A stretch of 64,000 bases of DNA from Planctomycetota bacterium (GTDB lineage Bacteria > Planctomycetota > PLA2 > JAEUHO01). The stretch is from NCBI GenBank assembly GCA_965223505.1, contig CBDCWP010000038.1, positions 230,055 through 294,054 of the forward strand. The letters are read 5' to 3'. A program made the translations under genes and the position numbers. Position 1 is the stretch's first letter. The number at the start of each line of letters is the position of its first letter. Below the pieces are notes generated by a model. The model was not told the DNA's origin and did not search any database. It saw only the letters and a program-made list of their open reading frames with translations. This document shows positions 37,019 to 50,400 of the stretch, piece after piece.

Positions 37019-38398
37019 ATGCGTTGGGCAGGGATACAGGCCGCGGCCGTGCTGACGGGCATGCTCGGACTCGCCGCGTGCGCGGGGACGACGGTGCCCG
37101 ACGAGCTCGACTTCCTCACGGAAGGCGTCGGCGGCAACCGCGAACCGCGGCAGGTCGTGATTCCCAATCAGGTCGCCGGCGGTGATCGCAGCGGCCAGCG
37201 CATGCCCGGCGAACGCACGGAAGAGCAGCAAGCGCTGACCGACGCCGAGATCGCGGCGTTGCGGTCGGAACGCCAGCAGGCCGCCGAGTCCCTGTGGGCG
37301 CGCGCCGTCCAGTCGCAGAATCCCGAAACGGCAGGCGATCTCTTCGAAGAGCTCGCGGACGACTATCCCGACTCGTTGCGCGCGGCGGAAGCGCGCTTCC
37401 AGCTCGCGAAGCGGCGTTTCCAGCAGGGCGAGTACGGCCCGGCCATCCGCGCGCTCGCGACCTACATGGAGGTGGCGCCCGTCAACCCGCACCTGGCCGA
37501 GGTCGAGGAACTCTTGTTCTTGAGCGCGACGCGCTTGCTCGAAGAGGACCAGGGCATTCGCGAGCTCTTCCGCACCGACGAGGAGCCGCTGCAGGCCCTC
37601 GTGTTCCTTTCGACGAGCTTCCAGGCCGGCGAGTACGCAGACGACGCGTTGTGGCGCCTCGGCCAGTACTGGCAGGCCGAAGGCGGCGACGCACTCGCCG
37701 ACGCGGTGCGCTACTACAAGGAGCTGCTGCTCGAGTACCCCGACAGCGAGTGGAGCTTCCTCGCGCGCATCGCGCTGGGCGACACGTACCTCATCCGCGA
37801 CCAGGGCGGTCCGTATCACGCCGGCTTCGTCGACGTCGATCACCGCGAGACGTTCCCGAACGATCAGGCGCGCATGATGGGCGGCCCCGTCAAGAGCGGC
37901 CTGCTCCTGGCACTCGAACAATACGAGGCCTTCCTCGACCGCATCGAGCGCGATCCGGGCCGGCGCGCGGAGTACGCAGAGCAGGTGGCGTACGCGCAAC
38001 GCAAGCGCGCCGAGGTGCGCGAGTCGTTGGCGAGCAAGGAGTTGGCGATCGCGGAGTGGTATGCGCGCCGCGGCGACCGCCAAGCGGCGCAGACCTACTA
38101 CAAGTACGCCGCGCGGTTCGACGGCACGCCGTCGGGCAATCGCGCGGCCTCGATGGTGCGCGGCGGCCGCTCGCTTCGCGCGCAGCCGCGCACGACGCGA
38201 CCCGCGACGGTCACGCCGGCGCCCAGGCGACCGGCGACGACGCCGGTTCCGCGCACGCGACCCGCGACGACGCAGCCGCCCCGCACACAACCGCGCACCC
38301 AGCCGCCCCGAACGAACGCGCCGACGTTCTATCCGGGGACGCTGCAGCGGCCGCCGCCCCCCCCGCCGCCGCCGAACGAGCAGCCCACACGCCGTTGA
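37019..38398 (+). CDS. bamD: BamD-like TPR lipoprotein with a Pro/Thr/Arg-rich tail
   Basis: Lipobox LAA-C; TPRs (LLEYPDSEW), LASKELAIAEWY; lies between recO and lptE. Confidence 0.7.
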   Translation: MRWAGIQAAAVLTGMLGLAACAGTTVPDELDFLTEGVGGNREPRQVVIPNQVAGGDRSGQRMPGERTEEQQALTDAEIAALRSERQQAAESLWARAVQSQNPETAGDLFEELADDYPDSLRAAEARFQLAKRRFQQGEYGPAIRALATYMEVAPVNPHLAEVEELLFLSATRLLEEDQGIRELFRTDEEPLQALVFLSTSFQAGEYADDALWRLGQYWQAEGGDALADAVRYYKELLLEYPDSEWSFLARIALGDTYLIRDQGGPYHAGFVDVDHRETFPNDQARMMGGPVKSGLLLALEQYEAFLDRIERDPGRRAEYAEQVAYAQRKRAEVRESLASKELAIAEWYARRGDRQAAQTYYKYAARFDGTPSGNRAASMVRGGRSLRAQPRTTRPATVTPAPRRPATTPVPRTRPATTQPPRTQPRTQPPRTNAPTFYPGTLQRPPPPPPPPNEQPTRR

Positions 38399-38883
38399 TG
38401 GCGCGCCGGCTTCTTCTCGTCTGCTTGCTGCTGCTGTCGAGCTGCGGCTACACGACGAAGCGCATCCAGGACTTCCCCCGCGCGCGCACCATCGCGATCA
38501 TGCCGTTCGACAACCTCGGCTACCGGCGCGACCTCGCGCTGCGGCTGACGCAGGCCGTCGCGAGGGAGGTGCGCGCGCGCACGTCGCTTGCGCTCGGGTC
38601 GCCCCAGTCCGCCGACCTGATCTTGAGCGGGCGCATGAACGCGCGGGAGCGCGTGGTGATCCAGGACGAGGACCGCACCGCGATCCAGAAACGGCTGGAC
38701 GGCGTCGTGGACATCACCGTCACCGAGCGTGCGACCGGGAGGGTCGTGCGGCAGGCCGCCATCAGCGCCCACGAGGAGTTCCGGCCGGGTCAGTACGGCG
38801 AGAGCCTCGAAGGCTCGGCGACCGACGAGTGGGTCCGGCGGGTCGCTGAGCGAATCGTGCACGCCCTCGAGCGCGGGTTCTAG
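38398..38883 (+). CDS. lptE: LPS assembly lipoprotein LptE-like
   Basis: LSS-CGY lipobox, TIAIMPFDN, ADLILSG, AERIV. Confidence 0.75.
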   Translation: MARRLLLVCLLLLSSCGYTTKRIQDFPRARTIAIMPFDNLGYRRDLALRLTQAVAREVRARTSLALGSPQSADLILSGRMNARERVVIQDEDRTAIQKRLDGVVDITVTERATGRVVRQAAISAHEEFRPGQYGESLEGSATDEWVRRVAERIVHALERGF

Positions 38884-38951
38884 CCCGCGCCCGTGCCCGT
38901 CGAAGACGAGGTTCCGGACATCTCACGAAGAACGGCCCTCGTTCGTAGAAC

Positions 38952-38977
38952 GAAACCCCGGCCCGGTTTCCGGCGTC
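38952..38977 (+). promoter_or_regulatory. Candidate ECF sigma factor promoter upstream of ftsH
   Basis: GAAAC-N17-CGTC. Confidence 0.45.
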
Positions 38978-39064
38978 TTCCAGGCGGCCTGATGTCCAGG
39001 TTTCCCCGTCACAACCCGATCTAGAAGGGGCATCCCGACCCCCGCGGGTACACTCGCTTTTTCC

Positions 39065-41115
<2,051 letters not shown>

Positions 41116-41119
<4 letters not shown>

Positions 41120-41910
41120 CGGCGCCCCCGTCCATCTGGGGCATCGTCAACGTCACGCCGGACTCGTTCAGTGACGGCGGCCGGTTCGCGACCACGGACG
41201 CCGCCGTCGCGCACGCGATGGCGCTCGCTGCGCAGGGCGCCGACGTCCTCGACATCGGAGGGGAGAGCACGCGGCCCGGCGCGACGCCGGTGTCGGTCGA
41301 CGACGAGATCGCGCGCGTCGTTCCGGTCATCGAGAGGCTCGTCGGCGGCGCCCGCATCAGCGTCGACACGCGACACGCCGCCGTCGCCGAGGCGGCGCTG
41401 CGCGCGGGCGCGACGATCGTCAACGACGTGAGCGCGGGCGCCGACCAGGCCATGTTCGCGCTCGTTGCGAGCGCCGGCGCCGGCCTGGTGCTCATGCACA
41501 TGCAGGGCACACCCGAGACGATGCAGGCCGAGCCGACCTACGACGACGTCTGCGAAGACGTGGCGTCCTGGCTCGAGGAACGCGTCGCCGCGGCCGAGAG
41601 CGCGGGGATCGAACGGTCCCGGCTCTGGGTCGACCCCGGGATCGGGTTCGGCAAGACCCTCGATCACAACCTCGCCTTGATGCGCGGGCTGGAGGACTTC
41701 CGGCGGCGCTTCGAGAACGTGCGTGTACTCCTGGGCGCCTCGCGAAAGTCCTTCCTCGGGTCGTTGACCGGGCGCAGGGATCCGCAGGAGCGGGGTCCGG
41801 CGTCGCTCGCTTGCGCGGCCCGCGCGTTCGAAGCGGGGATCTCCGACATTCGCGTTCACGATGTCGCGGCAACACGCGACGTGTTTCGGGTCCTCTCGCG
41901 CATTCGCTAG
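41116..41910 (+). CDS. folP: Dihydropteroate synthase (probable CTG start)
   Basis: GIVNVTPDSFSDGG, GGESTRPG, DPGIGFGK, SRKSF, RVHDV. Confidence 0.93.
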
Positions 41911-41965
41911 GTTCTCGAATCAGCTACGCCGACCGGGCATGGCGCCCCGTGACACGGGAGGTAGG

Positions 41966-42817
41966 ATGCGCCGACGCATGGACGCCCTACACCTCGCAGC
42001 CCTCTTCGACCTGCAGAACATGCAGGTCCTGGACTGGTTGCAGGTCGTCATCCTGTTCTTCCTGATCTACGCGTTCCTGCGGTTCCTGCGCAACACGATC
42101 GCGGGTGCCATGTTCAAAGGCCCCGCCTTGATCCTCTGGTTCCTGGTCCTGGGCGGCATCCTCGCGCTCGGTGAAGCCAACCTCGAGGTGCTCGAGACCG
42201 TGCTCGTCGCCTCGACGCCCATGATCGTCCTGGCGCTGGTCGTGACCTTCCAGACGGAGCTGCGGCACGGCATCGCCCGGCTCGGACAGATGAAGCTGCT
42301 GCGTGGACTGTTCTCGCGCGGCGGACGCAAGGCGCGTGAGATTCGCTCGGTCGACGAGATCGTGCGCGCCTGCACGGCGTTCGCGAAGGACAAGATCGGC
42401 GCCCTGATCGCCATCGAACGCGACATCGATCTCGGCCAGTACATGGACACCGGCGTGGCAATGGGCGCGATCATTCGCGCGGAGACGCTCGACACGATCT
42501 TCAGCACCCACACGGTGCTGCACGACGGCGCCGTGGTGATCCGCGGCAATCGGATCGCGGCAGCCGGCTGCCTGCTGCCGCTCACCGAGCGGCCCGAGCT
42601 GGCGCGCAAGTACGGGACGCGACACCGCGCCGCCATCGGCCTGAGCGAGCAGTCCGACGCGGTGATCATCGTCGTCTCCGAGGAGCGCGGGCACATCCAC
42701 CTCGCCGAGCGCGGCGAGCTGACCAAGTACGACGACCCCGGATGGTTGACGGCGTATCTGAACGTCGTCTTCGCGGAGAAGCAGGGGCTGGCGCCCCGCG
42801 CGATCGAGGAAGCGTGA
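41966..42817 (+). CDS. cdaA: Diadenylate cyclase CdaA/DacA
   Basis: Three TM segments, FQTELR, HDGAV, GTRHRAAIG; start 41966 or 41978. Confidence 0.93.
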   Translation: MRRRMDALHLAALFDLQNMQVLDWLQVVILFFLIYAFLRFLRNTIAGAMFKGPALILWFLVLGGILALGEANLEVLETVLVASTPMIVLALVVTFQTELRHGIARLGQMKLLRGLFSRGGRKAREIRSVDEIVRACTAFAKDKIGALIAIERDIDLGQYMDTGVAMGAIIRAETLDTIFSTHTVLHDGAVVIRGNRIAAAGCLLPLTERPELARKYGTRHRAAIGLSEQSDAVIIVVSEERGHIHLAERGELTKYDDPGWLTAYLNVVFAEKQGLAPRAIEEA

Positions 42818-43986
42818 CGGATCCCGAAGCACAGGACGGCAAGCCGGTCGACGACGCCGATCAGGGCGCCGCGAAGTCCGAGCCGAAGCACGCCTCGCGC
42901 GCGCCGCAGCTGCCGCGCCGCGGCTTCTCGCAATGGCTGCGCGGCGACGCCGTCCTCATCCTTCTGGCGGTGATCCTGACGTTCATCGTCTACACGCGCG
43001 TGAAGACCGGGCTCGAGAAGGACTACGTGCTCGCCGTGCGGGTGATTCCGGTCGTGGCCCCCGGCAACCCGGTTCGGCCCGTGCTCGCCGAAGAGGGCGA
43101 AACCGTCAAGATCCGCTTGCGATGTTCGCAGCGCGAGTTCGAGAGTGTCTCGGCGCAGCTGCGCGACGGGCTCGTGCTCGAGATCGGCCCGGTGCGACGA
43201 GACTGGCGTCCCATCGGCAACCCGAGCGATGCGGACGCCTATCGCGACGTGCCGGCACAGTTGGAGCGGCTGCTGCAGAGCACGGCGGCCGAGCTCCCGC
43301 TGCCCAAAGGGCAGGTGTTCAAGCTGACCCGCCAGGACGTGCGCTTCCTTCAGCCGTCGGTTCCCGAGCTCGACGGCGGACTTGCCGTCATGGTGGAGGG
43401 CATCGAGCCCGAGGTCTTCTCGACGCTCGAACCGGAGGGCGTGTTCGGCCCGTCGGCACGGATTCAACCGGACGCCCTCACCGCAAGCGACGTCCAGCCG
43501 GCGGTCGAGGCGCCGAACGTGCGCAAGCGCGTGCGCCTGAAGTTCGAGACGTGGCGCACGACCTCGAACGGCGGCGCGGACCGTGCGACGGTGAAGCTGC
43601 CCGACGAGGTCTGGGCGACGATCGTCGTACGCCGGAGCGGAGAGAGGGAGCTCACGAACACGCTTTACGTTCCGCCCGTGCTCGACGCGGAGTTCGAGTG
43701 GGACTTCGAAGGGGAGCTCAACTTGCTCCGTGTCAGCGCGACGGAGGATCAGCTGACCGGCAAGATCGTCGGAACGACGCAAGAGCTCGACGAGCTCGAG
43801 GCCAATCCCGGCCGATGGAAGTGGGTGCTGCACATCCTGGACGAGCTGCCGGGCCCGGAGGACAAGGAATCCAAGCGCATCAACGCCGTGTTCCAGCTGT
43901 GGCGGGACGCCGAGTTCGCAACGGGGGCCCGCTTCAAACCCAACGTGGACCAGAGCCGGCTGAAGATCGAGGTCACACGCAAGTAG
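42814..43986 (+). CDS. Single-pass membrane protein, probable CdaR/YbbR-like regulator
   Basis: One TM followed by a beta-rich domain; GTGA overlap with cdaA; assignment mainly positional. Confidence 0.55.
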   Translation: MTDPEAQDGKPVDDADQGAAKSEPKHASRAPQLPRRGFSQWLRGDAVLILLAVILTFIVYTRVKTGLEKDYVLAVRVIPVVAPGNPVRPVLAEEGETVKIRLRCSQREFESVSAQLRDGLVLEIGPVRRDWRPIGNPSDADAYRDVPAQLERLLQSTAAELPLPKGQVFKLTRQDVRFLQPSVPELDGGLAVMVEGIEPEVFSTLEPEGVFGPSARIQPDALTASDVQPAVEAPNVRKRVRLKFETWRTTSNGGADRATVKLPDEVWATIVVRRSGERELTNTLYVPPVLDAEFEWDFEGELNLLRVSATEDQLTGKIVGTTQELDELEANPGRWKWVLHILDELPGPEDKESKRINAVFQLWRDAEFATGARFKPNVDQSRLKIEVTRK

Positions 43987-43990
43987 CGCG

Positions 43991-45361
43991 CTAGCCGTCG
44001 CGCTCGGCCACCGCCTGGATGCTGCGAACCGCCGCCTCGACGAGCGCTTCGTCGCGGCCCTCGGCCATGATGCGCAAGAGCGGCTCGGTCCCGCTGTAGC
44101 GGATCACCAACCGGCCCGTCCCCGCGAGCGCTTCTTCCTGCCGCGCGATCTCCGCCGAGAGCTCCGGCCACTCGGCGATCGGCCGCCGCTCGCTCTTCGT
44201 GACGCCGACGAGCAGCTGCGGATACCGCGGGCGGGCTGCGCGAAGCTCGCCCAGCGACCGCCCCAGCCTCCGGGCGGCCTGAAGGACGGCGACGCCCGCC
44301 GCGAGCGCGTCACCCACCAGGAAGGGCGCCGGCACATCGGTTCGCATCATCAAGATGTGGCCGGACGGTTCCCCACCGAACGACGCGCCGACGGCGCGCA
44401 TGTGCTCCGCGACGTTGCGGTCCCCCACCGGCGCGCGCTCCAACGACACGCCGAACGAACGCAGTCGTTCTTCGAGGCCGAGATTCGACATCACCGACGA
44501 CACGACGACGTCGTTCGAGAGGACGCCGCGCGCGTAGGCGTCCTCCGCGAGGATCGCCAGCATGTCGTCGCCGTCGAGGCGAACGCCGTCCGGCGTGGCG
44601 AGAACGACGCGGTCGGCGTCGCCGTCGAACGCAAAGCCGGCATCGGGGCTCGCTGCCACGACGCGTTCGAGCCAGGCGTCGGGTTGCTCGCTTCCGCAGC
44701 CGTCGTTGATGTCCCGCGACAGTGCGGGGTGGAGCGTCGTTACCGTCGCACCGAGCGCTTCGAGAATCGCGGGCGCGGTATCCGTGGCGGCGCCTGCCGC
44801 GAGATCCACGACCAGCGAAACGCCCTCGAGGTCGCCCCCCTGACGCAGCCACGCAACGGAGCGATCGATGAAACGCCCGCGCGCCTTGAGGTCACGCACG
44901 GGCGGCAGCGGCTCGACGTCCGTGGCGACCTGCGCCGCTTCGGCCTCGATCTCCGCCTCCTCCGCGACGGTCAGCTTTCGGCCCTCGACGAACGGCTTGA
45001 CCCCGTTGTAGTTCACGGCGTTGTGGGAGGCGCTCACCATGCAGCCGAGATCGAAGCCGCCGTCCACCACGCCCCACGCCAACGCCGGCGTCGGGACGAT
45101 GCCCATGTCGATCACGCGCGCGCCTTCGGCGGCGAGCGCGCCGGAGAGCAACGCGACGAGCTCCGGGCCGCTCGGCCGCGGGTCGGCGGCAAGCAGTACG
45201 CGCGGTCCCTCGGCATCCTGCGCGCGCTTCGCGGCGAACCGGGCCAACGCGCGGCCCAGCCGCACGATGTTCTCGGACGTCAACGGCCCCTCGTGGAAGA
45301 CGCTGCGTACGCCGTCCGTGCCGAAGAGCCGGGGCGCCCGTTCGTGGTCGCTCGTCTGCAT
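43991..45361 (-). CDS. glmM: Phosphoglucosamine mutase
   Basis: LFGTDGVR, SASHN, FDGDADR, GGEPSGH, IRYSGTEPLLRIMAE. Confidence 0.93.
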   Translation of the reverse strand: MQTSDHERAPRLFGTDGVRSVFHEGPLTSENIVRLGRALARFAAKRAQDAEGPRVLLAADPRPSGPELVALLSGALAAEGARVIDMGIVPTPALAWGVVDGGFDLGCMVSASHNAVNYNGVKPFVEGRKLTVAEEAEIEAEAAQVATDVEPLPPVRDLKARGRFIDRSVAWLRQGGDLEGVSLVVDLAAGAATDTAPAILEALGATVTTLHPALSRDINDGCGSEQPDAWLERVVAASPDAGFAFDGDADRVVLATPDGVRLDGDDMLAILAEDAYARGVLSNDVVVSSVMSNLGLEERLRSFGVSLERAPVGDRNVAEHMRAVGASFGGEPSGHILMMRTDVPAPFLVGDALAAGVAVLQAARRLGRSLGELRAARPRYPQLLVGVTKSERRPIAEWPELSAEIARQEEALAGTGRLVIRYSGTEPLLRIMAEGRDEALVEAAVRSIQAVAERDG

Positions 45362-45440
45362 GCGCGCGTCGTTATACCCGCGCCTGTCCGGGGTCCGGCG
45401 CGTTGCGCAGGACATGCCCCGCGCGGGCTAGGATGCCTGC

Positions 45441-46112
45441 ATGGCGATGCTGGCCCTGGCCACAAGCGGACCTCGCGGCGAGGTCGGACTCCGCTCGGAC
45501 GACGGTTCGGTGCGCACGCTCCCGATCGGCGCGCGTACGCGCGGACGCGAGCTCGCGCCCGCGATCCAATCCCTCCTCGAAGACGCCGGGCTCGCACCGT
45601 CGGCGGTCGAGGCGATCGCGGTCGACGTCGGTCCCGGTTCGTTCACCGGCGTGCGGGTGGGCGTGACGACGGCCAAGACCCTGTCGTTCGCGTTGCGCGT
45701 CCCGGTGATGCCGCTCACGAGTCTGGCCGTTCTCGCCCACGGCGCGGAGCACGACGGCCCGGTCGTGGCGCTTCGAGACGCGGGTCGAGGGCGCGCCTAC
45801 CTCGCGACGTACGGACCGCGCGGCACGGACGGCGTGCGGCCGATCGTGCACGCCGCCGCGCGGGGCGCCGAGGAAGAGATCCGGGCGGCGTGTGCCGACG
45901 CGTGCGCGGTCGGCGAGTCCGTCCAGGCGCTCCTGACGACGCTCTCGATCACGTGCGAGGCGGTGGACCTGGACGCCGACGCACGGTTGCTGCTCTCGCT
46001 GGCGGACGTCGTCGGCGTGCCGCAGGAGGCGCACGACCTCGCGCCCGCGTACCTCCAGGCGTCCGCACCCGAGCGCCTGCGCGCCGGGGAGGCGCCCGGC
46101 CCGCAGACCTAG
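45441..46112 (+). CDS. tsaB: tRNA threonylcarbamoyladenosine biosynthesis protein TsaB
   Basis: AVDVGPGSFTGVRVG, DAGRGRAY, LAPAYL. Confidence 0.92.
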   Translation: MAMLALATSGPRGEVGLRSDDGSVRTLPIGARTRGRELAPAIQSLLEDAGLAPSAVEAIAVDVGPGSFTGVRVGVTTAKTLSFALRVPVMPLTSLAVLAHGAEHDGPVVALRDAGRGRAYLATYGPRGTDGVRPIVHAAARGAEEEIRAACADACAVGESVQALLTTLSITCEAVDLDADARLLLSLADVVGVPQEAHDLAPAYLQASAPERLRAGEAPGPQT

Positions 46113-46224
46113 GCGGGGCCGCAGGCTCACCCCGCCGCGGTTGCCAACCGACCTCAGGGATGGGAGACGACCCCCTTACGCTGGGCTCTCGCCGTAGACC
46201 CGCCCCCACAAGGAACCGCCGCGC

Positions 46225-47469
46225 GTGATTCGTGACGACGCCCCCCCGAGCTCGCCCTCGACCTCGACGCCCTCACCGGCGTCCACCGGGCGCGGCGCGA
46301 GCCGAGGCCGGACATCGGGACGGATGGCGTCGTCGGTTTCCGCCACCCCCATGGCCCACGAACGCACCTGGGTCGAGGTCGACCTGGGACGTCTGCGCAA
46401 GAACCTCGCGTACGTGCGCGCGGAAGCGGGGACCGACAACGCGATCATGCTCGTCGTCAAGGCCGACGCCTACGGACACGGCGCCGTTCCCGTCTCGTGG
46501 CACCTGCTCGACCACGGTGTCACCTGCCTCGGTGTCGGCGACTCGACGGAGGCGCTCGAGCTTCGCAACGCCGGCATCACCGCTCCGATCCTCGTGCTCG
46601 GCGCCGTCGTCGCGGGCGAGATGGAAGGCATCATCCGCGGCGACATCCGCGTCACCGTGCACTCGGGCGATCGCGTGCGGGCGCTGCGTCGCGAGCTCAA
46701 GCGTCGGGGCGGACGGCTCGCCGTTCACTTGAAGGTCGACACCGGCATGGGCCGGCTCGGGTGCCACCCCGAACGCGTGCTCGGCATCGCGCGCGAGGTC
46801 AAGCGATCGAAACAGCTCGCGCTCGAAGGCATCGCCACGCATCTCGCCGGCACGAACGCCGGCGTGGGCGTGGACGCGCACAAACAGCTCCAACGATTCC
46901 GACGCGTGTGTCGCGCGCTCGACAAGGAAGGGCTGCTGCCGCAGTGGCGGCACGCCTACGCGAGCGGCGGTGTGCTGAGCAGCCTGCCGAGCGAATTCAA
47001 CATGGTGCGTCCGGGTCTGGCGGTCTACGGCCTGCACCCGCACGGCTCGCGCAGCGGGGCGCTCGAGCCCGCGCTCTCCTGGCGCACGCAGGCCGTCTTC
47101 CTCAAGGACCACCGCAAGGGATCGCGCATCGGATACGGCGGAACCTGGCAGGCCCCCCGCAAGAGCCGCATTGCGACCCTGCCCGTCGGCTACAACGACG
47201 GCTACCGGTTCGCGTTCTCCAACCGCGCCGAGGTGCTGGTGCGGGGAACGCGCTGTCCGGTCGTAGGACGCGTATCCATGGACTACACCTGTGTCGATGT
47301 CACGCACGTGGACGGCGCCGCCGTCGGCGACGTCGTGACGCTGCTCGGATCGGACGGCGGCGAACACATCGCCGTCAGCGAGCTGGCCGGCCACGCCAGG
47401 ACCATTCCGTACGAGATCCTCTGCGCGATCGGCACGCGCGTGAAACGGCGATACGTTCAACCGGACTGA
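46225..47469 (+). CDS. alr: Alanine racemase
   Basis: VVKADAYGHG, HLKVDTGMGRLG, GYGG, GYNDG, GRVSMD, TIPYEI; start 46225 (GTG after AAGGA) or 46351. Confidence 0.96.
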   Translation: MIRDDAPPSSPSTSTPSPASTGRGASRGRTSGRMASSVSATPMAHERTWVEVDLGRLRKNLAYVRAEAGTDNAIMLVVKADAYGHGAVPVSWHLLDHGVTCLGVGDSTEALELRNAGITAPILVLGAVVAGEMEGIIRGDIRVTVHSGDRVRALRRELKRRGGRLAVHLKVDTGMGRLGCHPERVLGIAREVKRSKQLALEGIATHLAGTNAGVGVDAHKQLQRFRRVCRALDKEGLLPQWRHAYASGGVLSSLPSEFNMVRPGLAVYGLHPHGSRSGALEPALSWRTQAVFLKDHRKGSRIGYGGTWQAPRKSRIATLPVGYNDGYRFAFSNRAEVLVRGTRCPVVGRVSMDYTCVDVTHVDGAAVGDVVTLLGSDGGEHIAVSELAGHARTIPYEILCAIGTRVKRRYVQPD

Positions 47470-47472
47470 CCC

Positions 47473-50400
47473 ATGCGTGTGCGTCGCCGCTACGTTCAGC
47501 CGATCCTCCTGATCGCCCTGGTGGCCGGCGGCACGTTCGCGTATCGCCGCGCCGCGCAGCCCGAGCCGCGCATGCTGACGGACCTCGCGCAGGAAGCGCT
47601 CGAGGAGATCTTCGGTCCGAACGTCCAGCACGGCGCCGTCTCGCTGGACCTGATCAACGGCGTCGTCATTCGCGACCTCAGCGTCCCCAGCGGTGTCCAT
47701 CTCGCGCGCTCCGAAGACGGAGACGTCGAGTCCCTCGCGGGGTTGAGCGCCAAGACGGTCGAGATCCGGCACGACGTGCTGTTGCTCGCCGCCGGGCATT
47801 ACCACCCGACTTCGATCCGCATCGACGGCGCGCAAGTGATCACCCACGAGACGGAGTCCGGCATCGAGCCGGCCTTCCCCTTCACCCTGCCGAGCGGTCA
47901 CGACGGCGGCGAGTTTCCGGCGGTGCGCATCTCGGACGCGCTCGTCTACTACCGCTCGCTGCCGGGGTCGACGCGGCTTCGCGGCGGCGCCGTGCTCGTG
48001 TGCCGGCTCGAGGAGCTCGCCGTCGTTCCGAAACCGAACGGGAAGGTCGACATCCGCGGGGCCTTCTACACGCGCGAGCTCGGCCAGGACGACGCGCGCG
48101 TGGAGATCGCCGGCGAGGCCACGCCCGACACGGGCGCGTTCGAGTTCTCCGCGCAGTGGGACCCGCTGGAGCTGACGGACGCGCTGCTCGCGAAGCTGGA
48201 CGAAGACCTCGCGGCGAAGCTCGAGCAGGACTCCATTCAGTCCGGCAAGCTCGTGCTGCGCGTCACCAAGGAGCCGCCGGGCGAGGCCAAGCTGGTCGCG
48301 GAGTGGGACGCGGACGTCACGGTGCGCATGGACGACCTGCCCGGACTCGAGGAGATCGAGGCGGAGACGCGCCAGCAGCTCCAGGAGCTGTTCGGCGTCG
48401 GCGCGGTCACGGTCGTCGTCGACGGCGACCGCGTCATCATCAAGAGCTTCGAGAGCAAGCTCGCCGACGGACGCGTGATCGCCACCGGCTGGATCCAACC
48501 CGAGGACGGGTCCCTCGAGCTGCACTTCGAGATCCGCGACCTGCGGCTCGAGAAGCACGACGCCGTGAAGGCCGCGTTGGGCGCGGAAGGCGCGGCGGTC
48601 TTCGAGGAGTTCGACGCGAGCGGCCTCGTGACCGCGTTCGGCAAGGTGACGCGAAGCACCGAAGGCCAGCTCAACTGGGAGGTCGACGTCGAGCTGGAGA
48701 AGGCGTCGTTTCGCTACCTCGGCGCGAAGAACGCCGCCGGCAAGCGCGAGGGCTTTCCCTACCGCGTTTCGGACGCGACCGGCTGGGTGCGCATTCGCGA
48801 GGACGGCGTCTACTTCGACGACATCACCGGCTTCAACCGCGGCGCCGAGATCACCGTGTTGGGATTCAAGCACAACAAGGCGTGGACCGGCGGCGAGACC
48901 GGTCGCATTCGGTTCTCCGACGTCGGCGAGGACATCCGCCTCACGGTCGTCGCCACCAACATGGCGGTCGACGAACGACTGCGGGAGGCCGTGGCGGGCA
49001 GCGAATTCGCCGGGCTGCTCGACGAGTTCCAGCTCGGCGGCGTGATCGACAAGGTCGAGGTCGACATCATCTCGATCCCCAATGTGGATACGACGGCGAA
49101 GACGGAGGTGCGGCTCACGCTGGAGGGCGAGCAGTTCCGATACGCGCCGTTCCCGCTTCCGCTCGAGGACGTGCGCGGCGAGATCATGCTGCGTCGCCCG
49201 GTGCTCGCGTCGGGGGAACGCGGGCGCATCTACTCGTTCGAGGTCAGCGGGTGGGCCGAGGGCTCTCCCATCGAGGTGCGCGCGAAGATCGTCGACCACG
49301 AAGACCGCGGTCGGCTCGAGGTGATCGCCGAGAGTCTGCCGCTCGCCGGCGAGGTCACGCAGACGATCCTGACGTCGGAGGTCACGGAGGGCGGCGTCGC
49401 CGAAGCCTGGCGCTGGCTCGATCCGCGCGGCCGGGCACACGTGCGGGCGTCGCTGCCGATCGGCCAGGACGGCCGGCCGATGGTCATTCACGCGGATCTG
49501 AACGAAGCGACGGTGTTCCTCGACGCGACGGCGTCCGACGCCCCGCTCGAGCTGACGAAGCTGACCGGCCGCATCAGCGTGCTGGGCGACGACATCCACC
49601 TCGTGAAGCTGCGCGGGACCATGGCCGGCGCGGGCGTGCGGCTCGAGGGGGCGCTCAACGGCGGCACGAGCGGCGCGTGGGACATTCGGATCGTGACCGA
49701 GCCGGTGCGGCTCACGCGCGACGTCGAGCGAGGGCTCGCGCATCTGGCCGAAGACGACGAGCTCCTGCCGGGCGGGTTCCGTTTCGAGCCGGGCGGGCAG
49801 CTGGGGCTGGACGTTCATCTGGTGCGCAAGGACGGGCCGGACGAGACGCTTCGCGCCGATCTCACGGCCACGAAGTTCGACGTCGGCTTGCGCGCGCCCG
49901 ACGGCGTGGTGCTGCAGCTGCGCGGCAAGCGGCTGGACGTCAAAGACGACATGTTGCTCGTCGAGGATGTCGTCGCACAGCTCCCCGGCATGACCGCCGA
50001 GATCCCCCATGCGCGCATTCCGGTGCCGGACGAGAGCGCCGAAGGCGAAGCGCCCGCGTTGGAAGGACAATTCGGCCTGAAGATCGAGCGCCTCGAACCC
50101 AACGACGCGTTCCTCGAGCTGCTGCCGGACGACGTGCGCGACCTGCTCAGTGAATGGGCCGCAAGTCGCCTGATCTCGACGGAAGGTCTGCGGGTCGATG
50201 CGCCGAAGGGCGGACCCGTCACGCTGCGCGGTGACCTGAGCTTCATCGTGCCGCCCGGCGAGCCGGTCGGCGACGGCGTGCTCGGCCGGCTCTCGTTCGC
50301 GCCGCTCGTCATCGCCGACACGGCGGAAGGGCAGACACTCAAGGGCCTGGTGCGACTCGAAGGCTTCTCGATGACGGAGGCCGTCGATCTCAAGGACCTC

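Noticed and set aside
38357..38364. C8 tract in the bamD-like gene as a phase-variation site
   Set aside because: In frame, within a poly-Pro stretch at the extreme C-terminus, so slippage would have little effect
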